Assembly: GCF_019913785.1 (NCBI RefSeq)
Contig: NZ_JAIOHK010000060.1
Location: 1,826 to 65,825, forward strand
Source of the DNA: Altibacter sp.
GTDB lineage: Bacteria; Bacteroidota; Bacteroidia; Flavobacteriales; Flavobacteriaceae
Direction: 5' to 3'
Length of the DNA stretch: 64,000 nucleotides
The position numbers were made by a program, and so were the translations under genes. The notes below the pieces were generated by a model. That model searched no databases. It was given only the letters and a program-made list of their open reading frames with translations, and was not told the origin of the DNA. Positions 47,013 to 56,137 of the stretch are shown piece after piece (the stretch's first letter is position 1; every line of letters begins with the position of its first letter).

Positions 47013-49085
47013 AGTCGGGGCGTCCAAATCTTTTTCAATTTTAATCCGAACATCCACAGCCGTTATGGCTCGCTTCGTACCAATTAATGGATTGATGTCC
47101 ATTTCGACAATCTCGGGCGCGATACGCACCAGAGCAGATAGCCGAAGGATGATATCAATAAGTTGTGACTCTTGAATGCCTTCTTTTCCACGTAGGCCTT
47201 GCAGTAATTTATACCCACGCAACGACTGGATCATGGTAGTTGCTTCTTTTCTAGAAATAGGGCTCAGGCCGGCGGCGACATCATTTAAAACTTCAATAAA
47301 GATCCCGCCTAAACCACAGAGTATGGTATGGTCAAATCCGGGTTCTTTTACAACACCCACAAACAATTCTAAGCCAACAAGCTGTGGTTGTGCCATGACG
47401 GCCACAGCATCTTCAATTTCCATCAATTGGTCAAATATTACAGCTGCCTCTTCGGAAGAGGTAATATTTAAATGGACCCCTTTGGCATCCGATTTGTGTA
47501 TGGGTCCAACGACTTTCAACACCAATGGAAAGTCTATTTTTTTTATGGCCGAAAGGAATGCAGTTTTTGAGTTTTCTACTATTTCTAGCACTCTTGAGAT
47601 CCCCGAAGCATCGATGAGTTGTCCGGTTGTTTCCGGGTCCAGATAACCATTTGAAGCGGTGTTGATGATGCTTCGGATCTGTAATGTATCTAAAAGAGGC
47701 GTTTTAATTTCTTCTGAAGCCGGTTCGGGGGTGTTGTATACCTGTGCTAGTGCTTTCCCCAGAACTACTTCGTCCGGGAAGTTAACATTCCCTTTCGCTA
47801 AAAATGTCTGTATTTCCTTTTGTGCGTTGATTACCGATGGTAATACCGGAAAAATTGGTTTGGTACAAATGTCGAGTTTTACACTCAATACGTTATATAC
47901 GTTTTCTACATCGAACAGGCCAGGACTTCCAAAAACAACCACCATGGCGTCAATAAAATTGAATTTATGCTCACAGTAATCTATAATAATACTTAGTTGT
48001 TCGGCAGTACCTGTTGCCAGAAAGTCGATGGGATTTCCTACCGAAGAACCCGGATACAGAAACCCTTTAAGTGTTTGGGCTTCGGCCCCACTAATTTCCG
48101 GGACTTCTAGTCCTCCTTTTGAAAGTTCATCGGCCAACATAACAGCCGAGCCTCCTGCGTGAGTGATAATCGCGATGTTCTTACCCTTGAGGGGTTTGTA
48201 GTAAAAAATAGAGGCGACACTTAACAGTTGCTCCCTGCTGCTACAATATACTATACCCGCCTTATTAAACAGTGCACGGACGGTCATATCGCTGCTCGCC
48301 AAAGCGCCGGTGTGAGAAGTAGCAGCCCGACTACCCTCCTTTGTACTTCCTGCTTTAATCGCCGCAATCTTCGCTCCTTTATTAATTAAAGAGGAGGCGT
48401 GCTTAAGTAATTTTTTAGGATCCTTGATGGTTTCGAGATATAATAGTTTTACCCTAGGATCATTTGAAGGGTCAAAATGGATATCCATATATTCTAAAAC
48501 ATCCTCGGCACTGGTTTGAGACCCGTTTCCAATAGAAAATATATTGGCAAAGGTAACGCCCAACGCCATACCGGCCTCCATAATAAAAACAGCCGTCGCC
48601 CCCGATCCCGAGATAAGATCACAGCCTTTTTTATTGAAAACAGGAATGGGAGAGGTAAAGACCCCCTTATAGGTTTGTGTGATTACTCCGATACAATTTG
48701 GGCCAATCAAACAACCATTCACACTGTTTACCACTTCCGAAATTTGTTTCTCCAATTGTGAACCTTTGGCATCGGCTTCGCCAAAACCTGCGGAAATAAT
48801 GATAAAGGCTTTGGTTTTTTTTTGTTTCGCAAGTATAGTAACCGCTTCTAAACAATAGTTTGAAGGAATTGCCAAAATCGCGAGATCGGTTTCGGGCAAA
48901 GCTTCGGTACTAGCATAACTTTTTACACCTTGGACGTTTTTCTCTTTTGGGTTTACCACTGTCAATCTGCCCTTGTAACCGCCATCGATAATATTTTTCA
49001 GCATTTTCCCTCCCGGTTTTCTAATATTGTTGGAAGCGCCAATAACCGCAATACTTTTTGGAGAAAGAAGTTGTTCGTTCAGCAT
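47004..49085 (-). CDS. ADP-forming acetyl-CoA synthetase (acetate-CoA ligase family; CoA-binding + ATP-grasp)
   Basis: 693 aa. N-terminal CoA-binding motif (PKSIAVIGASNN..KPGG), a succinyl-CoA-synthetase-like ligase domain (SHTGALAS) and a C-terminal ATP-grasp domain. Confidence 0.8.
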   Translation of the reverse strand: MLNEQLLSPKSIAVIGASNNIRKPGGKMLKNIIDGGYKGRLTVVNPKEKNVQGVKSYASTEALPETDLAILAIPSNYCLEAVTILAKQKKTKAFIIISAGFGEADAKGSQLEKQISEVVNSVNGCLIGPNCIGVITQTYKGVFTSPIPVFNKKGCDLISGSGATAVFIMEAGMALGVTFANIFSIGNGSQTSAEDVLEYMDIHFDPSNDPRVKLLYLETIKDPKKLLKHASSLINKGAKIAAIKAGSTKEGSRAATSHTGALASSDMTVRALFNKAGIVYCSSREQLLSVASIFYYKPLKGKNIAIITHAGGSAVMLADELSKGGLEVPEISGAEAQTLKGFLYPGSSVGNPIDFLATGTAEQLSIIIDYCEHKFNFIDAMVVVFGSPGLFDVENVYNVLSVKLDICTKPIFPVLPSVINAQKEIQTFLAKGNVNFPDEVVLGKALAQVYNTPEPASEEIKTPLLDTLQIRSIINTASNGYLDPETTGQLIDASGISRVLEIVENSKTAFLSAIKKIDFPLVLKVVGPIHKSDAKGVHLNITSSEEAAVIFDQLMEIEDAVAVMAQPQLVGLELFVGVVKEPGFDHTILCGLGGIFIEVLNDVAAGLSPISRKEATTMIQSLRGYKLLQGLRGKEGIQESQLIDIILRLSALVRIAPEIVEMDINPLIGTKRAITAVDVRIKIEKDLDAPTSN

Positions 49086-49136
49086 GTGTTCGGTGTAATA
49101 ATCTGTAAAGCTAGGAAAGGTAAATTGACTGTAGCA

Positions 49137-49148
49137 TGATAAAAATCA
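49137..49148. promoter_or_regulatory. FNR/FixK-like box TGATAAAAATCA
   Basis: Centre is 57.5 nt upstream of the minus-strand ADP-forming acetyl-CoA synthetase start (49085). Confidence 0.6.
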
Positions 49149-49192
49149 TGTAAAGGAATAAAATAACTCTGAAATCAAACAGCTCAAATAAC

Positions 49193-49204
49193 TGATAAAT
49201 GTCA
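49193..49204. promoter_or_regulatory. FNR/FixK-like box TGATAAATGTCA
   Basis: Centre is 60.5 nt upstream of ATG 49259, the start of the NorC-like cytochrome gene. Confidence 0.6.
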
Positions 49205-49258
49205 TATTTGGAATTTGGCTATTTCTCTACTTTTAAAGCCCGATTACAGCTACTAAAG

Positions 49259-49690
49259 ATGCCGACCGATACTAAAAAGTACATTGTTATTATTGCAATA
49301 TTAATTGCACTGTTTTTAGTGTACAATTATATTATTTATACCAATGAAGGATATACTGCAAAGGTTGAGTTATCTCCAATGGCGATGGAAGGGCAGCTAT
49401 TATGGCAAAAAAACAATTGCTGGTCCTGTCATCAATTGTATGGCCTGGGAGGCTATTTGGGACCGGATCTTACCAATGTGTATTCTCACCCAGATAAGGG
49501 ACCGGTATATATTAATGCCTTTTTAAATAGTGGGGTAAAGACGATGCCCCAATTTCATTTTAATGAGTCAGAAAAAGAAGCCATCATCGAATATTTACGC
49601 ATAATCGATAAAACTGGATATTATCCCATTTTTGATGCTAGTATTGAGCCTTCGGGGTGGGTAAACATCAAGTATAAATATGAAGACTAA
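49259..49690 (+). CDS. NorC-like membrane-anchored monohaem cytochrome c
   Basis: TM anchor. CWSCHQLYGLGGYLGPDLTNV parallels NorC CMGCHTILGEGAYYAPELTKV. Start moved to ATG 49259, because the ORF-track ATG 49199 lies inside box 49193..49204. Confidence 0.7.
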   Translation: MPTDTKKYIVIIAILIALFLVYNYIIYTNEGYTAKVELSPMAMEGQLLWQKNNCWSCHQLYGLGGYLGPDLTNVYSHPDKGPVYINAFLNSGVKTMPQFHFNESEKEAIIEYLRIIDKTGYYPIFDASIEPSGWVNIKYKYED

Positions 49691-51005
49691 ACTTCCACTG
49701 TACTTTTTAGCTTTTGCCCTTATATCCTTGTTACTTGGAATCACTTTCGGTTTGTGTGCCTCCCTACAATATGTTTTTCCCGAATTTCTAAAAGAATACA
49801 TCCCCTTTTCAAAATTACGCCCTTTTCATGTAACCTCTGTAATTTCTTGGATTATACTTAGTGCTACAGGAAGTATTTACTTTTTTTTGGTGTATGTGGA
49901 GCGATTGAAGCTCTACTCAGACCGACTTTTAAAAGCACATTTTTGGATCTTTGCGTTAACGGGCTTGGCCATTTATATTTCGTATCTGGTAGGTTATACA
50001 GAAGGCCGAGAGTATTTTGCATTCGGTCCTGTCATCATGATTCCTATTCTATTGGGTTGGGTGCTGTTTGGGATTAACTATTTTAAAACACTTCGGAAAG
50101 CGGTTTCGGGATGGCCGGTATATTACTGGATGTGGGGTACGGGTATAGTTTTTATGATCTATCACCTCACCGAAGCTCATGTATGGGTTTTTGAATATTT
50201 CAGAGAGAATTTTATTAGGGATATGTCGGTGCAGTGGAAATCGTATGGCTCCTTTACCGGATCCTGGAATATGTTGGTATATGGAATTTCCATCTACGTG
50301 ATGTCTAAAATAAAGGGAGACCAGAAAATGGCGAAGAGTAAGACCGTCTTCTTTTTTTATTTTTTAGGACTGACCAATTTAATGTTTGGGTGGGCACATC
50401 ATACCTACTTTTTACCCATCCAACCGTGGATTCGCTATGTGGCCTATGCGGTAAGTATGACCGAATGGATTGTTTTGGCGTCTATCATTTATAATTGGAA
50501 ACGATCCTTACCAAAGGTTAAGCTCGAAAATCATCCAATGGCAACCCGGTTTATGATGTCTGCCGATGTGTGGATTTTATTGAACCTAATTTTGGCAATT
50601 CTATTTTCCATTCCGGCCATCAATTTCTTTACACATGGCACTCATATTACCGTGGCACATTCTATGGGAACAACCATCGGTATTAATACAACGATCTTAT
50701 TTTCGGCCCTTCTTTTTATATTGGGAAAGCTGAATCCCACATTCAACACCAATCAGTTTTCTTTGCGAAGAGGCCTGCAATTATTTAATATTACGCTTTT
50801 CTTTTTTTGGTGTTCCCTATTGACAGCAGGAATTAAAAAAAGCTATTGGATGTATTTTTCGAAAAAAGGCCTATTTTCTGAAATGCAGGATGCGATGATG
50901 ACAGTCTATATCTTAATTTTTGTTTTTGGGACAGGGCTTGTCATTGCTCTGTGCATGATCTCATTCCCAATTTTGAAGGAATTTTTGAGGAAGATAAAGC
51001 GCTAA
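49680..51005 (+). CDS. divergent haem-copper-oxidase/NorB-like subunit I protein with non-canonical ligand set
   Basis: 441 aa, 12 TM. Retains the helix II His (RPFHVTS), GWAHHTYF and THGTHITVAH. The helix VI His/Glu position reads Gly/Gly, and the HxH motif reads HSM. Confidence 0.65.
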   Translation: MKTKLPLYFLAFALISLLLGITFGLCASLQYVFPEFLKEYIPFSKLRPFHVTSVISWIILSATGSIYFFLVYVERLKLYSDRLLKAHFWIFALTGLAIYISYLVGYTEGREYFAFGPVIMIPILLGWVLFGINYFKTLRKAVSGWPVYYWMWGTGIVFMIYHLTEAHVWVFEYFRENFIRDMSVQWKSYGSFTGSWNMLVYGISIYVMSKIKGDQKMAKSKTVFFFYFLGLTNLMFGWAHHTYFLPIQPWIRYVAYAVSMTEWIVLASIIYNWKRSLPKVKLENHPMATRFMMSADVWILLNLILAILFSIPAINFFTHGTHITVAHSMGTTIGINTTILFSALLFILGKLNPTFNTNQFSLRRGLQLFNITLFFFWCSLLTAGIKKSYWMYFSKKGLFSEMQDAMMTVYILIFVFGTGLVIALCMISFPILKEFLRKIKR

Positions 51006-51014
51006 CTAAAACGA

Positions 51015-51461
51015 TCAAATTTCAAGCTCCTTTAGCGTAAGATACGTTCCTTTTTCAAGGGATTCGTCTGCATATTGCCCGATGGTTTTATCTCGGAAAT
51101 TTTCAAGTATTTGTTTCTTAAATGGTGACACGATTGCATGTGCCGGACATGGATTTACATCATTACACTCGGATAGGCCTAAAAAACACTGATTGAATTT
51201 TTCACCTCCGTCAATACATTTTATGATATCCCAAAGTGATTTCTTTCGGTTTTTTGCGCTTAAATAAAACCCTCCATGCGGACCTTTGGCAGATGAGACT
51301 AGCTTGTTAGTGGTTAATTGTTGTAATAATTTGGCTAAAAAAGACTGTGGGGTTTCTAGATCTTCTGCAATGACCTTCACACTTATTTTGTGATCTTCAG
51401 AACTATTTGTAGCCAAATAGAGGATGGATCGTATGGCATATTTAGATGCATTTGATAACAT
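51015..51461 (-). CDS. Rrf2-family transcriptional regulator (NsrR/IscR-like, three-Cys cluster motif)
   Basis: wHTH N-terminus (SNASKYAIRSILYLA). Cys triad CFLGLSECNDVNPC has Cx6Cx5C spacing. Confidence 0.8.
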   Translation of the reverse strand: MLSNASKYAIRSILYLATNSSEDHKISVKVIAEDLETPQSFLAKLLQQLTTNKLVSSAKGPHGGFYLSAKNRKKSLWDIIKCIDGGEKFNQCFLGLSECNDVNPCPAHAIVSPFKKQILENFRDKTIGQYADESLEKGTYLTLKELEI

Positions 51462-51573
51462 GTGATCTTGTTTTGTGATTTCAAATATAACTAAAAAGAG
51501 TGATTAGTCCTTTATTCTTTATGTATCCCTTGTAATTGCTTGTTATTATTGAATCTTTTGATTATCTAAAGTA

Positions 51574-51585
51574 TGATTTTTATCA
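51574..51585. promoter_or_regulatory. FNR/FixK-like box TGATTTTTATCA
   Basis: Centre is 67.5 nt upstream of nadA ATG 51647. Confidence 0.6.
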
Positions 51586-51646
51586 TATATTTCACCTGTA
51601 AATCTATTTAATTTTGCGGTTTATAGATTCTTAATCGATTTTGATA

Positions 51647-52573
51647 ATGAGTTTGGTAGATGATATATTACAGCTGAAAAAGGAGAAGAACGCAGTTATC
51701 CTCGCGCATTATTATCAGCAACCCGAAATTCAAGAGATAGCCGATTATGTGGGAGACAGTTTAGGGTTGTCCCAAAAAGCAGCTGAAACTGATGCTGATC
51801 TCATTGTCTTTGCAGGAGTGCATTTCATGGCAGAAACCGCAAAAATCCTAAATCCTTCAAAAAAAGTTGTACTCCCCGACCTGAATGCGGGTTGTTCCTT
51901 GGCAGATTCATGCCCGCCAAAAGCATTTTCAGAATTTATAAATGCACATCCCCATCATGTAGTGATCACATATATTAATTGCTCCGCAGAGATCAAAGCG
52001 ATGAGTGATATAGTTTGTACTTCTTCCAATGCCTTGAAAATTGTAAATTCAATTCCGAAAGAGGTACCCATTATTTTCGCACCCGATAAGAACTTAGGAA
52101 AATATATTCAGAAAGAAGCCGGTAGGGAATTGGTATTGTGGGACGGTTCGTGTATAGTCCATGAAGCGTTTTCCATTGAAAAATTACTCAGCTTGTACAA
52201 AGAACATCCCGGTGCGAAGATTATAGCACATCCCGAATCTGAAACCCATATCCTCGATACAGCAACCTATATAGGATCCACCGCAGGAATGATCAATTAT
52301 GTGAAGGAACATCCTTCTGAAAAATTTATCGTCGCGACCGAAGCCGGTATTCTTCATAAAATGCAGCAGGAAGTTCCTAATGCAGTGTTAATTCCCGCCC
52401 CTGCCGAAGAAGACAATACCTGTGCCTGCAGTGAATGTGCCTTCATGAAGCTAAACACTCTTCAAAAATTATACGACTGCTTATTGCATGAAACACCTCA
52501 AATTGAGGTACCTGAGGAGGTCAGAAAACGCGCCTTGCTTCCTATTGAACGTATGCTTGCCTTATCAAAATAA
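51647..52573 (+). CDS. nadA: quinolinate synthase
   Basis: [14 protein letters not shown] and the Cys ligand contexts (NAGCS, YINCSAE, CSEC region) are typical of NadA. Confidence 0.85.
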   Translation: MSLVDDILQLKKEKNAVILAHYYQQPEIQEIADYVGDSLGLSQKAAETDADLIVFAGVHFMAETAKILNPSKKVVLPDLNAGCSLADSCPPKAFSEFINAHPHHVVITYINCSAEIKAMSDIVCTSSNALKIVNSIPKEVPIIFAPDKNLGKYIQKEAGRELVLWDGSCIVHEAFSIEKLLSLYKEHPGAKIIAHPESETHILDTATYIGSTAGMINYVKEHPSEKFIVATEAGILHKMQQEVPNAVLIPAPAEEDNTCACSECAFMKLNTLQKLYDCLLHETPQIEVPEEVRKRALLPIERMLALSK

Positions 52574-52574
52574 G

Positions 52575-54164
52575 ATGGTAGAAACTAATTTTCTTGTTAT
52601 AGGCTCTGGAGTGGCGGGATTGACGTTGGCAGTAAAATTGGCTTCAACTTTTCCAAATAAAAGGGTAACCATAGTTACCAAATCTAACGAATCTGAGTCC
52701 AATACCAAATACGCTCAAGGTGGTGTAGCTGCTGTCTTTAATGCAGAAGAGGACTCCTTTCAGAAACATATAATCGATACGCTTCAGGCGGGCGATGGCC
52801 TGTGTGATAAGAAAGTGGTGGAAATGGTGATAAAAGAAGGCCCCAAACGATTGTACGAGCTTATGGAATGGGGTGCGAGATTCGATAGGGATACTTCTGG
52901 AAAAGTCGCTTTGGGAAGAGAAGGAGGGCATTCCGAAGACCGGGTGCTACATCATAAAGACATGACCGGTTTCGAAATTGAACGTGCCCTGCTTGAAAAA
53001 GCACACCAACTTTCGAATGTGATACTTCTGCCGCATCATTTTGCCGTAGACCTTATAACCGAACACCATCTGTTGGATGCAAAAACAGATCGTATTTCCT
53101 GTTATGGCGCCTATGTGATGGATCAGATCTCAGGAAACATAATAACGATTAAATCGGATACCACAACCCTGGCGGCCGGTGGTTTGGGACAGGTGTATGG
53201 GCATACCACAAATCCTGCGGTAGCCACTGGCGATGGAATCGCTATGGCATATCGGGCAAAGGCTCGCATCAAGGATATGGAATTTATACAATTTCATCCA
53301 ACGGCATTGTATGATGGCAAAGAAGGTGCTTCCTTCTTAATCTCGGAGGCGGTTCGTGGTTTTGGAGCTTTGCTTCGAAATGGGAAAGGCGAACGATTTA
53401 TGTTGCGGTATGACCCCCGGGCCGAATTGGCATCGCGAGATATTGTTTCGCGAGCTATCGATTCTGAATTAAAAAAATTAGGAGATACCTGTGTGTATTT
53501 GGATTGCACGCATCTGAATATAGCTGAGTTTGAACATGAGTTCCCAACGATCTCCGAAACCTGCAAAAGTAAAGGAATAATACTTTCTAAAGATTGGATT
53601 CCGGTAGTACCGGCAGCGCATTATGTATGTGGCGGTGTTGAAGTTGATGTACACGGCAGGACTTCTGTATTAAATTTATTCGCTTGCGGGGAATGTTCGA
53701 GAACAGGTCTGCACGGTGCTAACCGACTCGCATCGAACTCACTTTTAGAGGCCTTAGTGTATGCGCATAATATCTTTGAATACCACTGTAAGTATTCGTT
53801 GTCTTCATCGACCATTAGCATTCCATATTGGAATGATGAGGGCGTTGTCTTCTTGGAAGAACATAAAATACTTCAAAAAAAGATAAAAAAATTACAAAAA
53901 TTAATGCGGCGATATGTCGGTATCCTGAGAAGTAATGCAGAATTACAAAAAGCATCAACAGAGCTGGATAAACTATATGTCGAAACCGAAAGGCTTTATC
54001 AAAAACACAAATTAAACACCTCCCTTTGTGAACTGCGAAATATGGTAAACGTAGCACACATGATTATTGATCAATCACTGAGTCGTACTGAAAATAGGGG
54101 AGGATATTTTAATATGGATAATTTAATAAAAAAGACAAAATCTTATGGAAAAATTGATCACTGA
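52575..54164 (+). CDS. nadB: L-aspartate oxidase
   Basis: FAD motif VIGSGVAGL, plus QGGVAA, HPTAL and GLHGANRLASNSLLE. Start set to ATG 52575 (MVETNF), 2 nt after the nadA stop. Confidence 0.85.
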   Translation: MVETNFLVIGSGVAGLTLAVKLASTFPNKRVTIVTKSNESESNTKYAQGGVAAVFNAEEDSFQKHIIDTLQAGDGLCDKKVVEMVIKEGPKRLYELMEWGARFDRDTSGKVALGREGGHSEDRVLHHKDMTGFEIERALLEKAHQLSNVILLPHHFAVDLITEHHLLDAKTDRISCYGAYVMDQISGNIITIKSDTTTLAAGGLGQVYGHTTNPAVATGDGIAMAYRAKARIKDMEFIQFHPTALYDGKEGASFLISEAVRGFGALLRNGKGERFMLRYDPRAELASRDIVSRAIDSELKKLGDTCVYLDCTHLNIAEFEHEFPTISETCKSKGIILSKDWIPVVPAAHYVCGGVEVDVHGRTSVLNLFACGECSRTGLHGANRLASNSLLEALVYAHNIFEYHCKYSLSSSTISIPYWNDEGVVFLEEHKILQKKIKKLQKLMRRYVGILRSNAELQKASTELDKLYVETERLYQKHKLNTSLCELRNMVNVAHMIIDQSLSRTENRGGYFNMDNLIKKTKSYGKIDH

Positions 54165-54762
54165 AGCTGTAAAGGCTGGAATGACCTATGCTGAATATAA
54201 CTCACTTTTTAAGCGATTGGTTGAGGCCGGCCGCACAACAGGCGAATCGACAACCGAAAAGATTACATACACAAAATTGAATTTTAGTAGAAGTAAACGT
54301 TTGGACAAAACCTTTTTCCTGACCGATATTCAAGCCAAGCAATTTAGGAGCCTGACACAAAAACAAACCTGGCTTGTTATTACAGAGCCATGGTGTGGTG
54401 ATGGAGCACAAACGCTCCCCTTATTGCACCGAATAGCAGAAACATCTCCACACATAGATTTGAAAATAGTACTTCGAGACGATTATCTCGATCTTATGGA
54501 CGCATTTTTAACCAATGGATCTCGATCTATTCCGAAGCTAATTATTTTGGACGAACATATGGAAGTGTTGGGGGACTGGGGACCGCGCTCAAATGCCGCA
54601 ACACAAATGGTAACCGATTACAAGACGACGCATGGAAAAATTGATGCAGCGTTTAAAGAAGAATTACAGCGCTGGTATAACCAAGACCGAGGACAGGCTA
54701 TAATTAAAGAACTACTGGCATTGATTCCTGTTATTGCAAAAGGCGCACTAAAAGAGGTCTAA
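54145..54762 (+). CDS. thioredoxin-fold family protein
   Basis: 205 aa. The WCGDG motif lies in a thioredoxin-like context. Overlaps the nadB end by 20 nt. Confidence 0.55.
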   Translation: MEKLITEAVKAGMTYAEYNSLFKRLVEAGRTTGESTTEKITYTKLNFSRSKRLDKTFFLTDIQAKQFRSLTQKQTWLVITEPWCGDGAQTLPLLHRIAETSPHIDLKIVLRDDYLDLMDAFLTNGSRSIPKLIILDEHMEVLGDWGPRSNAATQMVTDYKTTHGKIDAAFKEELQRWYNQDRGQAIIKELLALIPVIAKGALKEV

Positions 54763-55964
54763 CGATTTTTACTCGAAAATTGCGCCATAAAAACCCAGCC
54801 TATGGCCAAAACAAGGGATATACTGGCGAAAGTCAGAAAGTAGTGATAATTCGCGCTAAGTGACCCACCTATCCATACGAGGATACCCTTGTAGAAGATA
54901 AGTGTTTCGGTAGCTAAAAAACCAAAAAGGTATAAGGGAATACTCAGTTTCGGTATATAGATTAGTTTAGCTGAATTCAGAAAGGCTAATAATGCGACAC
55001 TCACAACTCCTAAAAATGTCCAATGGAGGTAGCTGATGACCAGATCGATATTGGCTGAAATAGATTGGGCTGCTTCAGGAAAGGCACCAATCAATTGCGC
55101 GATCAATTTTACCAGTAAAAAGATACCGGAAGCAATTAAGAGCCTTGTTATGGGTAAAGAAAGTTGTTCCTTTAACCGCTGGAACGATGTATATATTTTT
55201 CGGAATAATATTCCGAAGGCTGCCAGTTGTAAAACGCCTCCTACGCCTGCCAATATATAAAAGACAGGATGAGGTTTCATCCACAATACCGATAGGAAAA
55301 AGCTGAGTAGTACCCCCCAATTCAGCAATAGAAAAAAAACACGGAACGACTTTTTTGAAAGCGAGAGCTTATACCTCTCTAAGACTACAAATAAAAAACC
55401 ACAAAGCGCAACTATAAACCAGCCGTTATATTGAAAGTGTAAAAAGAAATAGATAGCGTTTCGGTACCAGGGAGAACTGCTTCCCAGAGTCGTCATAATA
55501 CCTCCCAAAGCCCAAGGGCCTATACTAGAAAGAATCATAAACCAGAGGGCAACACGAATTAATTTGAAGGATTGCCGCTGCTTTTGATCGGCATCTATTT
55601 GCTTCAGAAAAAAATAAGTAAACCAATAAGACGCCAGTAAGAAAAGGGTTGAAAACAGGATTGAGAAAAATGCATAGCCGGTAAAAGGAAAGGAAACCAA
55701 CATACCTACTATGGTAAGTTGTGTACTCCAAAAAATACGTCTGTATTTCTTAGCGATGGGTTTATCTTTTACATAGTGAAAGTAGAGCAGGGTCGTGATA
55801 GCCGTGTATACCCATCCTAATAGGGCGATATGTGAGTGGGTATGCACAACAAACCGATAATTGGCCGGAATATCCACCACTTGGAATAACCTTAGTACAA
55901 GCCCTAATACGGCTATGATTAAGAAATAGCCAAGCGCAATTTGTACGTGCTTTTTTAAATCCAT
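54759..55964 (-). CDS. 12-TM membrane protein with intramembrane His motifs (possibly NnrS-like)
   Basis: 401 aa. HTHSHIALLGW (TM2), FLHFQYNGW (TM6), YLHWTFLG (TM10). Family not securely recognised. Confidence 0.3.
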   Translation of the reverse strand: MDLKKHVQIALGYFLIIAVLGLVLRLFQVVDIPANYRFVVHTHSHIALLGWVYTAITTLLYFHYVKDKPIAKKYRRIFWSTQLTIVGMLVSFPFTGYAFFSILFSTLFLLASYWFTYFFLKQIDADQKQRQSFKLIRVALWFMILSSIGPWALGGIMTTLGSSSPWYRNAIYFFLHFQYNGWFIVALCGFLFVVLERYKLSLSKKSFRVFFLLLNWGVLLSFFLSVLWMKPHPVFYILAGVGGVLQLAAFGILFRKIYTSFQRLKEQLSLPITRLLIASGIFLLVKLIAQLIGAFPEAAQSISANIDLVISYLHWTFLGVVSVALLAFLNSAKLIYIPKLSIPLYLFGFLATETLIFYKGILVWIGGSLSANYHYFLTFASISLVLAIGWVFMAQFSSKNR

Positions 55965-56137
55965 GAGTTACTATACAAAACTAAAAAGAGGCGGTTTGAA
56001 AAGTTGTGTTTTTGTCAAATTGAACTTGATTCAGTTTCTAACAACTATTGGCAATCAATGCTATAAGATTCTGAATTAAATTCAGAATGACAAGTTTTTT
56101 CTTTTCGAGCAGCCTCTTTTTAAATTATATGTACATA

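Noticed and set aside
46697-47053. ORFs 46697..47044 (+, 115 aa) and 46862..47053 (-, 63 aa) overlapping the norE end, the CoxIV-like gene and the acetyl-CoA-synthetase end
   Set aside because: They are out of frame with the well-supported membrane-protein ORF (46779..47012) and have no motif support.
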